A stretch of DNA of 64,000 nt, from positions 1,888,001 through 1,952,000 of the forward strand of contig CAWJET010000001.1 of NCBI GenBank assembly GCA_963842085.1. Reading direction: 5' to 3'. The translations under genes and the position numbers were made by a program. The notes beneath the pieces are model-generated. The model saw only the letters and a program-made list of their open reading frames with translations. It did not search any database and was not told the origin of the DNA. Source of the DNA: an uncultured delta proteobacterium. GTDB lineage: Bacteria > Desulfobacterota > Binatia > Binatales > Binataceae. This document shows, in pieces, positions 49,056-58,783 of the stretch (position 1 is the first letter of the stretch; every line of letters starts with the position of its first letter).

Positions 49056-50804
49056 ATGGCCTCCGCTTCCGCACCACGCGCCTCTGCCACGTTGCAGCAA
49101 TCTGCGGCTGGCGATTCGCGATTCCGCCTGCGCGCCGGACTCGTCCTCATTCTCGCTGCGATTCTCTTCTTCGCCCGCCTCGGTGCGCGAGCGCTGTGGT
49201 CCTCGGAATTCCGATGGGCCGAAATTGCGCGCGAGATGCTGGTGACGCACAACTACTTCTGGCCGACCATCAACGGTCACGTCTATTACGACAAACCGCT
49301 CGGCTCGTACTGGCTCGTACTTTTTTCGACACCGATCACAGGCGGCCTCAACGAGGCGGCCACGCGCCTGCCCTGCGCGATAGCGGGCTTGCTCGCAGTG
49401 GGCATACTGATGATCCTCGTGCGACGCCTCTACAACGCTCGCACCGCGATACTCGCCGGCGTCGTCCTCGCGACCAGCTTCAGCTTCGTATTCTTTTCGC
49501 GCCACGCGAGCGCCGACGTGGAAACGCTCACCGGCGAACTCGCCGCGCTGCTGCTCTTCAATCACAACGAAGAGCGCGGCGGTGGCATCTGGGTCGTTGG
49601 CCTGTGGCTGATCATGGCGGCGACATCGCTGACCAAAGGTCTGCTCGGATTCGTGTTGCCGCTGCTGGTGATCGGGGTGTACTCGTGCCTGCGCGACGGC
49701 GGTGCGCAGTTTATTCAGGAAATTTCGCGTGGAGCCCTGGCCGAACGGACACGACGACTCATCGCGCGCAACCGATGGTTCTTCAATTGGTACACGATTG
49801 TGGGCATCGCGTTGGGCGGGCTGGTGTACTACCTGCCTTTTGAGATTTCCTCGCGCCTCACGGGCTCTGAAAAGGGCCTCCGGATGGTGTATCGCGAGAA
49901 TGTCGTGCGGTTTTTCCACCCGTTCGACCATCGCGGGCCCATCTACCTCTACGTCTATGTAATCTTCGCCCTGATGGCTCCGTGGTCAGCGCTGCTGCCC
50001 GCGGTACTCGTCGAAACGCACAACCTCCGTCACGCCGGGGCCGAGCCCGCTCGCGCGGATCGATTTGCATTGGTTTATTTCTGGGCGACGTTTATATTTT
50101 TCACGCTCTCGGGCTCGCGCCGCAGCTACTACATCCTGCCGATTCTGCCCGCCGCGGCAATCCTGATCGCCCGAACGCTCGCCTGTCGCGGCGAACTACG
50201 CTCGATGATCGCCCGGCGCCTGCTTACCGTCGGCTACGCAATCGTCGCACTTGCCGCAATCGCCGGCATCGTTCTGCTGATTCCCGCCCGAGCGATTCTC
50301 CCGAGTCCCTACGACGGGCTGCCCGCCCTGCCCAACAAGTCCGCGTTCATCGTGTTCTGGGTTGTATCGGTGGCGGCCGTAATCTACGCGATTCGTAAAT
50401 TCAGTTCCTATCGCGTCGCGATTTCCATGGGCGCAATCGCCTACCTCGCGATGACCTACATTTATATCTTTGCGATGCCTGCGGCGGAGGCTTACCGCGG
50501 CGAAAAGCCATTTGCCTACGCGGTCCTGAACAAGGTTGGCGGTTCCACCGACGGGCTCGTACTATTCAAGACCGAAGGGCCGCTGTTTTATCTCAATCCG
50601 CCCGCGCCGCTCCCCGAGTTCGACAAAAAGCAGGAGCTGGAGGATGCGATCGCAAAAGGCGAGGCTAAATGGATGATCGTTCGCCGCCGCGACATGCCCA
50701 AGCTCGACACCGCGGCCACCGTCGAGCTGAGCGAGGCGTCATATCCGTGGGAGACCGACTACAATTTCCGCAACAAGGTAGTCTTGGTCCGCCTCGGCAA
50801 CTGA
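49056..50804 (+). CDS. ArnT/PMT-like GT-C membrane glycosyltransferase
   Basis: EFRWAEIAREM, YYDKPL, ATRLP, LTKG, YYILP; start at 49017 or 49056. Confidence 0.85.
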   Translation: MASASAPRASATLQQSAAGDSRFRLRAGLVLILAAILFFARLGARALWSSEFRWAEIAREMLVTHNYFWPTINGHVYYDKPLGSYWLVLFSTPITGGLNEAATRLPCAIAGLLAVGILMILVRRLYNARTAILAGVVLATSFSFVFFSRHASADVETLTGELAALLLFNHNEERGGGIWVVGLWLIMAATSLTKGLLGFVLPLLVIGVYSCLRDGGAQFIQEISRGALAERTRRLIARNRWFFNWYTIVGIALGGLVYYLPFEISSRLTGSEKGLRMVYRENVVRFFHPFDHRGPIYLYVYVIFALMAPWSALLPAVLVETHNLRHAGAEPARADRFALVYFWATFIFFTLSGSRRSYYILPILPAAAILIARTLACRGELRSMIARRLLTVGYAIVALAAIAGIVLLIPARAILPSPYDGLPALPNKSAFIVFWVVSVAAVIYAIRKFSSYRVAISMGAIAYLAMTYIYIFAMPAAEAYRGEKPFAYAVLNKVGGSTDGLVLFKTEGPLFYLNPPAPLPEFDKKQELEDAIAKGEAKWMIVRRRDMPKLDTAATVELSEASYPWETDYNFRNKVVLVRLGN

Positions 50805-50827
50805 TCTGCTGAGGAAGCCCGCTTGCT

Positions 50828-50972
50828 TGTCATCTCGACGACGCGAACATCGCAAGCGCCTAAAGGATCTGTCAGGCCAGCCGGCAATCCGTCTTTGTCA
50901 TCCCGACGAGGCGAGCATCGCGAGCCAAGGAGGGATCTCGGAGCTTCGCGCAAGCGAAGCCGGTTCCGGTCT
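50828..50972 (-). repeat. REP-like dispersed repeat: one degenerate and one full copy, inverted relative to copies 1-3
   Basis: tgtcatcccgacgaggcgagcatcgcgagccaaggagggatctcggagcttcgcgcaagcgaagccggttccggt is the reverse complement of the 19.3 kb unit. Confidence 0.75.
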
Positions 50973-51011
50973 CTTACCCGCGCGCTTCGCGCGGTCCACC
51001 AGGCAGAAGCC

Positions 51012-52154
51012 TCACAGTCGCATCGGCATGACGACGTAGGTGTACTGCTGATCGGTCTCCGTCCTGATGACCCCGGGGCTTACGTCATCGCTGAGCCCGA
51101 GCTCCACGGTCGAATCGTTCCCTGCCGGAATCACACCGAGCACCTGCTGCACGTAGGACGCGTTGAATCCGATCGCGAATTCTTCGCTCTTGAAATCGAC
51201 GTCCAGCGACTCGCTCGCTTCGCCGGTCTCCGGACTCGTCGACGAGACCGTCAGCGTCCCGGCCGACAGCGCGAATTTGACGCCGTGATAGCGTTCGCTC
51301 GAGAAAATCGCCGCGCGCTTGATTGCCGAAAACAGCAAATCCCGCTTGACGACGATCTTGTACTTGGACTGCTTGGGGATGACGCCACGGTAATCGGGGA
51401 ATTCCCCCTCCACCAGCCGCATCGAGACTTCCGTCGCACCGCGCTTAAGGTATGCGAGCTGGCCCTCGAGGCTCAGCCGCACTTCGGCGTCGCCGCCCTC
51501 ATCCAGAATTTTGCGCAGTTCCGAGAGACCCTTTCGCGGAATGATCGCGCCGGTCTCCATCCTGAATCCCGGCACTTCGCGGTCGATCATCGCCAGTCGA
51601 TGCCCGTCCGTCGCGACCATCCGCGCCGAACCCGGCGCGTTGGACTCTACGAACACCCCGCTCAGGTTGTAACGGGCTTCATCCGGGCTGACGGCGAAGA
51701 TCGTTTTGTCGATCATTCCAGCCAGCACGGCGGCCGGAATGGTCAATTCGGCCTTGAGTTGTTTTTTTGCCGGACCCGAATCCTTGCCGGCACTTTGGCT
51801 TGGCATGGCGGGAAAACTGCGCGGGTCGAGGCCCATCATTTTGAATTTCGCGCGACCGCACTTCAGCTCGACCCAATCGCCGTCGAGCGACGTCAGCGCG
51901 ACTTCGTCGCCTTCGGTCTCGCGCACGATTTCGAAAAGCTTGCGCGCGTTGAGCGTCAGGCTTTTCTCCTTGCCGGAACACGCGACCTGGGTGCGGATTC
52001 CGACTTCGAGGTCGGTTGCGCTCAAGGTCAGCGCATTTCCGTTTGGCTCGATCAGAACATGGCCGAGTATCGGAACCGTCGTGCGCCGTTCCACGATGCC
52101 CTGGACCAGTCCCAAACCGCTAAGCAACGAAGCGCGCTCGATGGAGAGTCCCAT
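51012..52154 (-). CDS. dnaN: DNA polymerase III beta clamp
   Basis: ATDLE, VATDGHRL, EGEFPDY, C-terminal VVMPMRL. Confidence 0.97.
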   Translation of the reverse strand: MGLSIERASLLSGLGLVQGIVERRTTVPILGHVLIEPNGNALTLSATDLEVGIRTQVACSGKEKSLTLNARKLFEIVRETEGDEVALTSLDGDWVELKCGRAKFKMMGLDPRSFPAMPSQSAGKDSGPAKKQLKAELTIPAAVLAGMIDKTIFAVSPDEARYNLSGVFVESNAPGSARMVATDGHRLAMIDREVPGFRMETGAIIPRKGLSELRKILDEGGDAEVRLSLEGQLAYLKRGATEVSMRLVEGEFPDYRGVIPKQSKYKIVVKRDLLFSAIKRAAIFSSERYHGVKFALSAGTLTVSSTSPETGEASESLDVDFKSEEFAIGFNASYVQQVLGVIPAGNDSTVELGLSDDVSPGVIRTETDQQYTYVVMPMRL

Positions 52155-52179
52155 GAATTGTTAGCCCGTCTTCCTGTTT

Positions 52180-52390
52180 CTGGATCTTGGATCTCTAAAA
52201 AAGAATAGCAGTAATAGTAGGAGTTGTGGATTTGTTGATTGATCTTTCAAGCGCCCGAAAACGAAGGCCGTTCGGCCGCTGAAAAGCTGTTGGCGGAAAA
52301 GCGGCTGACCGACAGGGCCGGCCTTGCGCGCGCCGGCCCTGTCGATATCTCAATCCTTATGCCCACCTCCTCCACAGCCTCCTCCACATC
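52180..52390 (-). other. oriC part 2 (dnaA-dnaN intergenic): DnaA boxes, DnaA-trios and AT-rich DUE
   Basis: Minus strand caatcaacaAATCCACA-actc-CTACTATTACTGCTA-ttctttttt; two TCCTCCACA at about 52368-52388. Confidence 0.8.
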
Positions 52391-52395
52391 GATTC

Positions 52396-53817
52396 TCACG
52401 CGGCATTGGCGCGAATCGATTTAAGCTCGCGCTCGATTTTCTCGATCGAGAGCCGAAAAGCCGAATCACTGGTCACCCGGCGCATGATCAGGTTGTGCGC
52501 GTGAATCACGGTCGAATGATCGCGCCCGAAATGCTCGCCGATGGTCGGGAACGAGCTGTCGGTCAGCTTGCGGCACAGGTACATCGCAACCTGGCGGCAA
52601 AATGCGATGTGCTGGGTGCGCTTCTTCGACTTCAAATCCGTCAGCTTGATATGGAAAAAATCCGCAACGGTTTTCTGGATCGATTCGACGTCGGGCTTGG
52701 CGTCGGCATTTCGAATGAGATCCTGCAGCGCCTTGCGCGCGAAATCCACCGTGATTGCCAGGTTTTCCATCGAGGCCAGCGCTGCCAGCCGCGTCAGGCA
52801 TCCCTCCAGCTCGCGCACGTTCGACGAGACACTCTGCGCGATATACATCGCGACTTCCGGCGTCAGCCGCAGATTTTCGAGCACCGCCTTCTTCTGCACG
52901 ATCGCCACGCGCGTCTCCAGATCGGGCGGCGCGATGTCCGCGATCAAGCCCATCTCGAAACGATTGCGCAACCGCTCCTCGAGTCCCGGGATTTCGCGCG
53001 GAACTTTGTCCGAGGTCAGAACGATCTGATGCCGCTCGGCATGAAGCGCGTTGAACGTATGGAAGAATTCTTCCTGCGTGCGCTCGCGGCCGGCCAGGAA
53101 CTGCACGTCGTCGAGGATCAAGGTGTCGACCCGGCGAAATTTCTCGCGAAACTCGCCCATCTTGTCGCGGCGCAGCGAACCGATCAGCTCATTCATAAAG
53201 ATTTCGGCCGGCATGAAGAGCACTTTTCGCGGCCGCTCGCCGCTGGCCCAGATCTGGTGCCCGATCGCGGTCACCAGGTGCGTCTTGCCCAGGCCTACCC
53301 CGCCATAGATGAAGAGCGGGTTGTACTTTTCGCCCGGCTGATTGGCGACCGCCTGCGCCGCGGCATGCGCGAACTGATTGGCCGATCCCACCACGAACTC
53401 CGCGAAGCTGTAGCGGGGGTTCAGGGTCGGATGGCGATCTCCGCGCGGCAGCCCGGCTGCCGTCGTGGCGCGATTCGCCGCGGAGGCCTTGCCGTTACTG
53501 TTGCCGTTTGCATGACCATTGCCGTTGCCGTTGGTGTGGCCATTGCCCGGACGTTGCGGCGGGGGCCCCGCCGCAGCATTGTTGCCGAGAGTCAGCCGCA
53601 CCTCGATTTCCCCGCCCGCCTCCTCCGATAGCGCCGCGCGCATCAGGCTCAGATAGCGATCGTTGATCCAGTCGCGGAAAAACCGGTTGGGCGCCTCGAC
53701 TGTGACGGTCGATCCTTGATGACCGACAAAGTTGAGCGGCCCAATCCACGTCTCGTAGCCGACCTGACCAAGTTCATTGCGCATGCGGTCGGCGGCTCGT
53801 TGCCACAAACCATTCAT
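52396..53817 (-). CDS. dnaA: Chromosomal replication initiator
   Basis: YNPLFIYGGVGLGKTHL, DDVQFL, QEEFFHTFN, NVRELEG, RDHSTVIH; RBS AGGGGGAG. Confidence 0.98.
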   Translation of the reverse strand: MNGLWQRAADRMRNELGQVGYETWIGPLNFVGHQGSTVTVEAPNRFFRDWINDRYLSLMRAALSEEAGGEIEVRLTLGNNAAAGPPPQRPGNGHTNGNGNGHANGNSNGKASAANRATTAAGLPRGDRHPTLNPRYSFAEFVVGSANQFAHAAAQAVANQPGEKYNPLFIYGGVGLGKTHLVTAIGHQIWASGERPRKVLFMPAEIFMNELIGSLRRDKMGEFREKFRRVDTLILDDVQFLAGRERTQEEFFHTFNALHAERHQIVLTSDKVPREIPGLEERLRNRFEMGLIADIAPPDLETRVAIVQKKAVLENLRLTPEVAMYIAQSVSSNVRELEGCLTRLAALASMENLAITVDFARKALQDLIRNADAKPDVESIQKTVADFFHIKLTDLKSKKRTQHIAFCRQVAMYLCRKLTDSSFPTIGEHFGRDHSTVIHAHNLIMRRVTSDSAFRLSIEKIERELKSIRANAA

Positions 53818-53893
53818 ATCGTCTCCCCCTGTGAAAACCGGAACCTCTTCCCCGTTCCGGAAGTAGTGCACGGGCATCGAATCCCGCGCGAAA

Positions 53894-53925
53894 TTACGCA
53901 CAGTCTTATCCACACCTGTGGATAA
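53894..53925. promoter_or_regulatory. DnaA boxes upstream of dnaA (oriC part 1 / autoregulation)
   Basis: Perfect TTATCCACA 53906-53914 and inverted TGTGGATAA 53917-53925; degenerate TTACGCACA 53894-53902. Confidence 0.9.
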
Positions 53926-54418
53926 CGAACATTTCCTTTGTCACCTTCAACAATTTGACGGCTCTTCACACCGGACTATCAACTCTTCCGGGTTACGATC
54001 GGTTTTGTGAGGCTTGAAAGTCTGGTCGAGAATGCAAGCGATGCAGACGTGCTTGGAAGCCATTAGCCCACGCGCCGCGAATGAACCCGGCAGTCGAAAT
54101 CGGTTCTCGAAAGTACGAAGTTTGCGGCCAAGGGAACGTGATAAACTTATTTCGCGATGAGGACAAGCGCGAAAAAAATTTTCTTTCTATGCGCGCGGAT
54201 CGAAAAGGAAATTTTGTGCGCGGAGGTTCGCGCGCCGCGCGCACGAAATTTCGCGCCGATCCTGCGATCGCTAGCAGCCGCTCTGGAAGCAGTCATGCGC
54301 GATCCGGAATTTTCGCGTCGTGCTGCAATTCGGTCGCATCAACACGCGTGCAATCGGATTTTTTTGCGCGCTCGAAAAAACAATTTCTGATCGCACCCGA
54401 GATCGGCAAGGAATTGCG

Positions 54419-55720
54419 ATGACATCACGCAAAAAATCAGATGAACTCTTCAATCGCGCCAGTGTTAAGATTCCTGGTGCGGTAAATTCTCCCGTGCGCG
54501 CATGGAAAGCCGTCGGCGCGGCCCCAATCTTCATCGAAAGTGGCAGCGGTGCAACATTGATCGATGCCGACGACAACACTTTTCTCGACTACGTTTGCTC
54601 CTACGGCCCCGCGATTCTCGGACATGCTCATCCGCGCGTCACCCAGGCAATTGCCGAGCAGGCGCGGCTTGGTTTGGGCTTCGGCGCGCCGACGCGGCTG
54701 GAGGTCGAACTCGCGGAATTGATCTCATCGGCGATCAAATGCGCACAGAAAGTACGACTCGTCAGTTCTGGAACGGAAGCCGGCTTGACCGCACTCAGGC
54801 TCGCGCGCGCGGCAACCGGGCGTCAGAACATAATCAAGTTTGACGGATGCTATCACGGTCACAGCGACTCGATGCTGGTGCGCGCCGGTTCAGGCGGCTT
54901 GACTCTTGGTCAACCCGACAGCGCAGGTGTTCCATCGGCGCTCGCCGCGATGACGATGGTTGCGCGATATAACTCGATTGAGACAGTCGAAGGATTATTC
55001 CGCGCCGCGGCTGACAAAATCGCCGCCGTGATCGTCGAGCCCGTCGCCGCCAACATGGGCGTGGTAAATCCTGACGCCGGTTCATTGAAGGCTCTGTCCG
55101 AAATCGCGCACAACAATGGCGCGCTTCTGATCTGTGACGAAGTTATAACCGGGTTCCGGCTCTGCTTTGGCTCGGTTGCCGAAAGTATGGGCGTCGCACC
55201 CGACCTGATCATGCTCGGGAAAATTATTGGCGGCGGGTTGCCGGTGGGCGCCGTCGCCGGCCCGGCGAAGCTCATGGACCTGCTCGCGCCGGTCGGTCCG
55301 GTTTACCAGGCGGGAACATTGTCGGGAAATCCGCTTTCCGTTCGCGCCGGGCTCGAAACACTTAGTGTTCTAAGGGAAAGCAATCCGTATGCCGCGCTCG
55401 ACGCTGCGGGCGCCCGCCTTGAAGCCGGGCTTCGCGACGCATTGAAGAAAAATGGCGAGACGGGATGCGTCAATCGCGCAGGCTCGTTGCTGACAATGTT
55501 CCTCGGTCCCGAACGCGTGCGCGACGCCGACGAGGCTCGCGCGTCCGACGCGGCGAAGTTCGCCAGGTTTTTCCACGGGATGATTGAGCGCCGGATAAAT
55601 ATCCCACCGTCGCAATTCGAGGCTATGTTTCTGTCGACGGCGCACACCAATGCCGACATCGACCGCACGATCGCCGCCGCCGCCGAATCTCTCCGCGATC
55701 TTGGCCGAGAGAAATCCTGA
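54419..55720 (+). CDS. hemL: Glutamate-1-semialdehyde 2,1-aminomutase
   Basis: GAVNSPVRA, SGTEA, GCYHGH, DEVITGFR, GKIIGGGLP, YQAGTLSGNP, PSQFE. Confidence 0.96.
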   Translation: MTSRKKSDELFNRASVKIPGAVNSPVRAWKAVGAAPIFIESGSGATLIDADDNTFLDYVCSYGPAILGHAHPRVTQAIAEQARLGLGFGAPTRLEVELAELISSAIKCAQKVRLVSSGTEAGLTALRLARAATGRQNIIKFDGCYHGHSDSMLVRAGSGGLTLGQPDSAGVPSALAAMTMVARYNSIETVEGLFRAAADKIAAVIVEPVAANMGVVNPDAGSLKALSEIAHNNGALLICDEVITGFRLCFGSVAESMGVAPDLIMLGKIIGGGLPVGAVAGPAKLMDLLAPVGPVYQAGTLSGNPLSVRAGLETLSVLRESNPYAALDAAGARLEAGLRDALKKNGETGCVNRAGSLLTMFLGPERVRDADEARASDAAKFARFFHGMIERRINIPPSQFEAMFLSTAHTNADIDRTIAAAAESLRDLGREKS

Positions 55721-55727
55721 AACCGCG

Positions 55728-55946
55728 ATGGCGCTGAGCACGGGCAAAATGATGCGCTTCGCCGCGATCGGCTTCGAGTTCGCGTGGCCGATGATCGCCG
55801 GCGCAATCATCGGCCATTATCTCGACCTCTATTTCAACACCGACCCCTGGCTGACGCTGGTGATGTTCCTGCTCGGCGTCTTCATCGGCTTTTACCGGCT
55901 GATCCAGGAACTCGCGCTCTTCCAGCGGGAGAACCGCGAGTCTTGA
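55728..55946 (+). CDS. atpZ: AtpZ/AtpI-family small membrane protein
   Basis: IGHYLD..FNTDPW..LGVFIGF; at the head of the atp operon. Confidence 0.8.
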   Translation: MALSTGKMMRFAAIGFEFAWPMIAGAIIGHYLDLYFNTDPWLTLVMFLLGVFIGFYRLIQELALFQRENRES

Positions 55947-55994
55947 TTGGCGTTTTGATAATTCTCAATATCTCGGGAGATCGAGGTCACAGCG

Positions 55995-56264
55995 ATGTGC
56001 AGGAATATCAAAATACTTTTCAATTTCGATCCACCCGTCACCGATGAGGAGGTTCGTGCCGCGTCGCTTCAGTTCGTGCGGAAAATCAGCGGCTTTAACA
56101 AACCTTCGAAGGCGAACGAAGGCGCGTTCATGACGGCGGTCGATGAAATCGCCGGAGCCTCGGCTCGTCTGCTTCGTTCGCTCGAAACCACCGCGCCGTC
56201 GAGGAATCGCGAACACGAGGCCGCCAAGGCAAGAGTTCGCGCCGCGGAAAGATTCGGCGCCTGA
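55995..56264 (+). CDS. DUF2277 family protein
   Basis: MCRNIKILFNFDPP, AASLQFVRKISGF.KPSKAN. Confidence 0.85.
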   Translation: MCRNIKILFNFDPPVTDEEVRAASLQFVRKISGFNKPSKANEGAFMTAVDEIAGASARLLRSLETTAPSRNREHEAAKARVRAAERFGA

Positions 56265-56656
56265 TGGCGTTCTCGTGGTCAGTGCCGACGATTGCGTCGA
56301 TCCAGCGCACCAACTTCGTGCTCGTGATGGTCAGCGCCGTGGTTCTCGCTTTGCTCGCCTCGATGGAGGCGGCGGTGGGATGCCTGCTCGGCGGAGCAGT
56401 CGTGATCGCAAACCTATGGATCCTGTCGGCGCTCGGCGGCCTGATCCTGGCTGCGTCCAGCGCCGGTGTCTCCGGCGCAGCCGCCAAGCTGGGTGCGCTC
56501 GCGATTCCGCTGAAACTGTTCATTATCGTCTGCCTTGTCTATCTCGTTTTCAGCCGCGCCCGTATCGACGCGATGGGCTTTGGCATCGGCGTCTTGACTC
56601 AGATGGCGGCTATCATTATTGAAACCGGGCGTGCTTCGCTTCGCGGAGCCAGCTAG
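56264..56656 (+). CDS. atpI: ATP synthase protein I
   Basis: Four-TM protein immediately before atpB. Confidence 0.7.
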   Translation: MAFSWSVPTIASIQRTNFVLVMVSAVVLALLASMEAAVGCLLGGAVVIANLWILSALGGLILAASSAGVSGAAAKLGALAIPLKLFIIVCLVYLVFSRARIDAMGFGIGVLTQMAAIIIETGRASLRGAS

Positions 56657-56680
56657 GATCGCCGCGTCGGAGAAATATAG

Positions 56681-57373
56681 TTGCAGAAATCGGTAAATTT
56701 CCTCGAACTGCTCGGCGGCGGCAGGATTCCCGAGGTGCTAATCGGCACCTGGATCGTGATGGGCATCCTGCTCATCTTTGGATTTATCGCCCGCGCCTCC
56801 ATCGCCGGCGCCGGAGACCCGGTTGTCCCGGACGAAGGACTGACCATCCGCTCGGTCTCCGAGATGATCGTCGAGTGGCTCGACGGTTTCGTCAATGAAG
56901 TCACGGAGATGCACGGGTCGCGCGCGATGGTACCGTTCTTCGGATGCATTTTCATGTTCATCCTGTTTGCCAACTTCTTCGGCTTGATCCCGGGGATGGA
57001 GCCTCCGACCGGCGACTCCGACCTGACGTTCGCCCTCGGCACCATTTGCTTCGGCTATTACATCTACCAGGGCTTCGCCGCGAACGGCGTCCGGTATCTG
57101 AGGAGTTTCCTCGGCCCGTACCTGCCGCTGGCGGTGCTGATGCTGCCGATCGAGCTGGCCGACAACCTGTTCCGGCCTTTTTCGCTCGGGATTCGTCTTT
57201 ACGCCAACATGTTCGCCGACCATACCGTACTCAGCATTTTCACCGGGCTGACGCGGCTGATTGTGCCGCTGGCGTTTTACGCACTCGGCTCGATCGTATG
57301 CGTGATCCAGGCGATCATCTTCGTGGTTCTTTCGATGAGTTACGTTCGACTCGCCGCAAGCCACGATCATTAG
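56681..57373 (+). CDS. atpB: F0 ATP synthase subunit a
   Basis: FANFFGLIP, RPFSLGIRLYANM, IQAIIF. Confidence 0.95.
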   Translation: MQKSVNFLELLGGGRIPEVLIGTWIVMGILLIFGFIARASIAGAGDPVVPDEGLTIRSVSEMIVEWLDGFVNEVTEMHGSRAMVPFFGCIFMFILFANFFGLIPGMEPPTGDSDLTFALGTICFGYYIYQGFAANGVRYLRSFLGPYLPLAVLMLPIELADNLFRPFSLGIRLYANMFADHTVLSIFTGLTRLIVPLAFYALGSIVCVIQAIIFVVLSMSYVRLAASHDH

Positions 57374-57481
57374 AAAGGATTTTTCGTGCCAGGGATTCCG
57401 TCCGGAATTTGTGGTGGTAGAGGAAGAGAGGCGGTCGGCTGCGGCACCCGGGGCGCGCGAAAGAGAAGGAGGATCGAAAAA

Positions 57482-57823
57482 ATGTTACGACGACGGATTG
57501 GAACCATAGTGACGATGGCCGGTATGGCCATCCTCGCGTCGCCGCTGCTCGCGATGGCGCAGGAGGCGGCCGGAGCCGCGGGTTCAAGCGCGCCGCTTCG
57601 GGCGGGCCTGATCGCGCTCGCCGCGAACATCGGCATCGGCATCGCGGCTTTCGGCAGCGCGCTCGGGCAGGGCCGGATGGCGGCCTCGGCGATGGAATCG
57701 ATCGGCCGCAACCCTAACAGCGCCGGCCAGATCTTCGTGCCGATGATCATCGGCCTCGCGTTCATCGAAGCGCTGACCCTGTACGCGCTGGTGATCGCAT
57801 TCTTCCTGCAGGCGAAGATCTAG
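57482..57823 (+). CDS. atpE: F0 ATP synthase subunit c with N-terminal signal-like extension
   Basis: GIGIAAFGSALGQG, RNP loop, FIEALTLY; RBS AAGGAGG. Confidence 0.93.
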   Translation: MLRRRIGTIVTMAGMAILASPLLAMAQEAAGAAGSSAPLRAGLIALAANIGIGIAAFGSALGQGRMAASAMESIGRNPNSAGQIFVPMIIGLAFIEALTLYALVIAFFLQAKI

Positions 57824-57855
57824 CGATTACGCACGCAGCCAATGCGGTGCTGACA

Positions 57856-57884
57856 GCGGGGCCCATCCGGGCCCCGTTTTTTTC
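57856..57884 (+). terminator. Intrinsic terminator after atpE
   Basis: GCGGGGCCC-atcc-GGGCCCCGT followed by a T run. Confidence 0.85.
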
Positions 57885-57922
57885 TTAGCATCGGGTGCAG
57901 GGGTCACCCCTGCCGAAGGAAG

Positions 57923-57947
57923 TGTGAAACCCACCGCGGGTTTCACA
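57923..57947. repeat. Perfect 10-bp inverted repeat (hairpin between convergent genes)
   Basis: TGTGAAACCC-accgc-GGGTTTCACA. Confidence 0.55.
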
Positions 57948-57976
57948 TTCAATCAAGTGATTTCCCCGTCCACCCG

Positions 57977-58783
57977 CTACCCGCGTTTGGCGCCTTGCAG
58001 AATGTCGAACGGAGCGCGGCTCTTCTCACGCTTCAACAAGACGTACGTCGCACCCGCGCCGCCGTCCGCCGGACGTGCGCTCGTGAATGCCAGCACGTGG
58101 CCGCCAATTGCGCCATGCGACAGCCATCCGGCGGATGCATGCTTTAGCACCGAATGTCCGCCCGGAGATCGCAGCCCGCGCCCGTGGACGACCAGCACCG
58201 TGCGCAGCCCCTTGCGCACCGACGCGATGATGAACTCCTTGAGCGCTTCCTTGGCGGCGCCCTGGATCATCCCGTGCATGTCGAAATGCGCCTGCACGGC
58301 GAACTCGCCGCGGCGAAGCTGCGACACCAGGCGCGGGTCCAGGCCGACGCGGTAACCCTCGACGTATTCGTCCGACTCTGTGATATCGAACGGGGCCTGT
58401 CCCGACACGAGGTCCGACAGTCGCGCGATTACCTCCGCGTCCTCATCGACGATCGTGTGAGTGATCGGCGGCTCGAGCGGTATGCGCGACCGCGCGTTGC
58501 CGTTGCGATGCAGCGGCCGCACACCGTCGAGCGCCTGTCGCAGGAAAGACTCGTCGTCGAGCACTTCTGCAACGGGTGGCGCGGATTTTTGCACGGCCGG
58601 CGTCGCCGCTGTTGCAGCCTTGGGCTTGATCGCCGGCGCTTTCGATTCCGCTCGCTCACGCTCGGCGAGCATCTTCTTCAGGTCTTTGAATGGCGAGGAG
58701 AAGACCCGTTCAGGCGCGGACGCCGCCTTTCGTTCGCCGTCTGGCTCGTCGCCTCGGCGGCCATGCTTTCGCTTTTTTGCCAT
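57977..58783 (-). CDS. Smr-domain protein (SmrA/SmrB-like)
   Basis: LRRGEF, DMHGM, VVHGRG, ARPADGGAGATYVLL. Confidence 0.9.
   Translation of the reverse strand: MAKKRKHGRRGDEPDGERKAASAPERVFSSPFKDLKKMLAERERAESKAPAIKPKAATAATPAVQKSAPPVAEVLDDESFLRQALDGVRPLHRNGNARSRIPLEPPITHTIVDEDAEVIARLSDLVSGQAPFDITESDEYVEGYRVGLDPRLVSQLRRGEFAVQAHFDMHGMIQGAAKEALKEFIIASVRKGLRTVLVVHGRGLRSPGGHSVLKHASAGWLSHGAIGGHVLAFTSARPADGGAGATYVLLKREKSRAPFDILQGAKRG

Noticed and set aside
57482-57823. Na+-translocating ATP synthase
   Set aside because: Subunit c has E-A-L rather than the E-S-T Na+ motif, consistent with H+ coupling
57923-57947. parS site
   Set aside because: Arms resemble parS halves but in the wrong order and with a spacer; not TGTTTCACGTGAAACA
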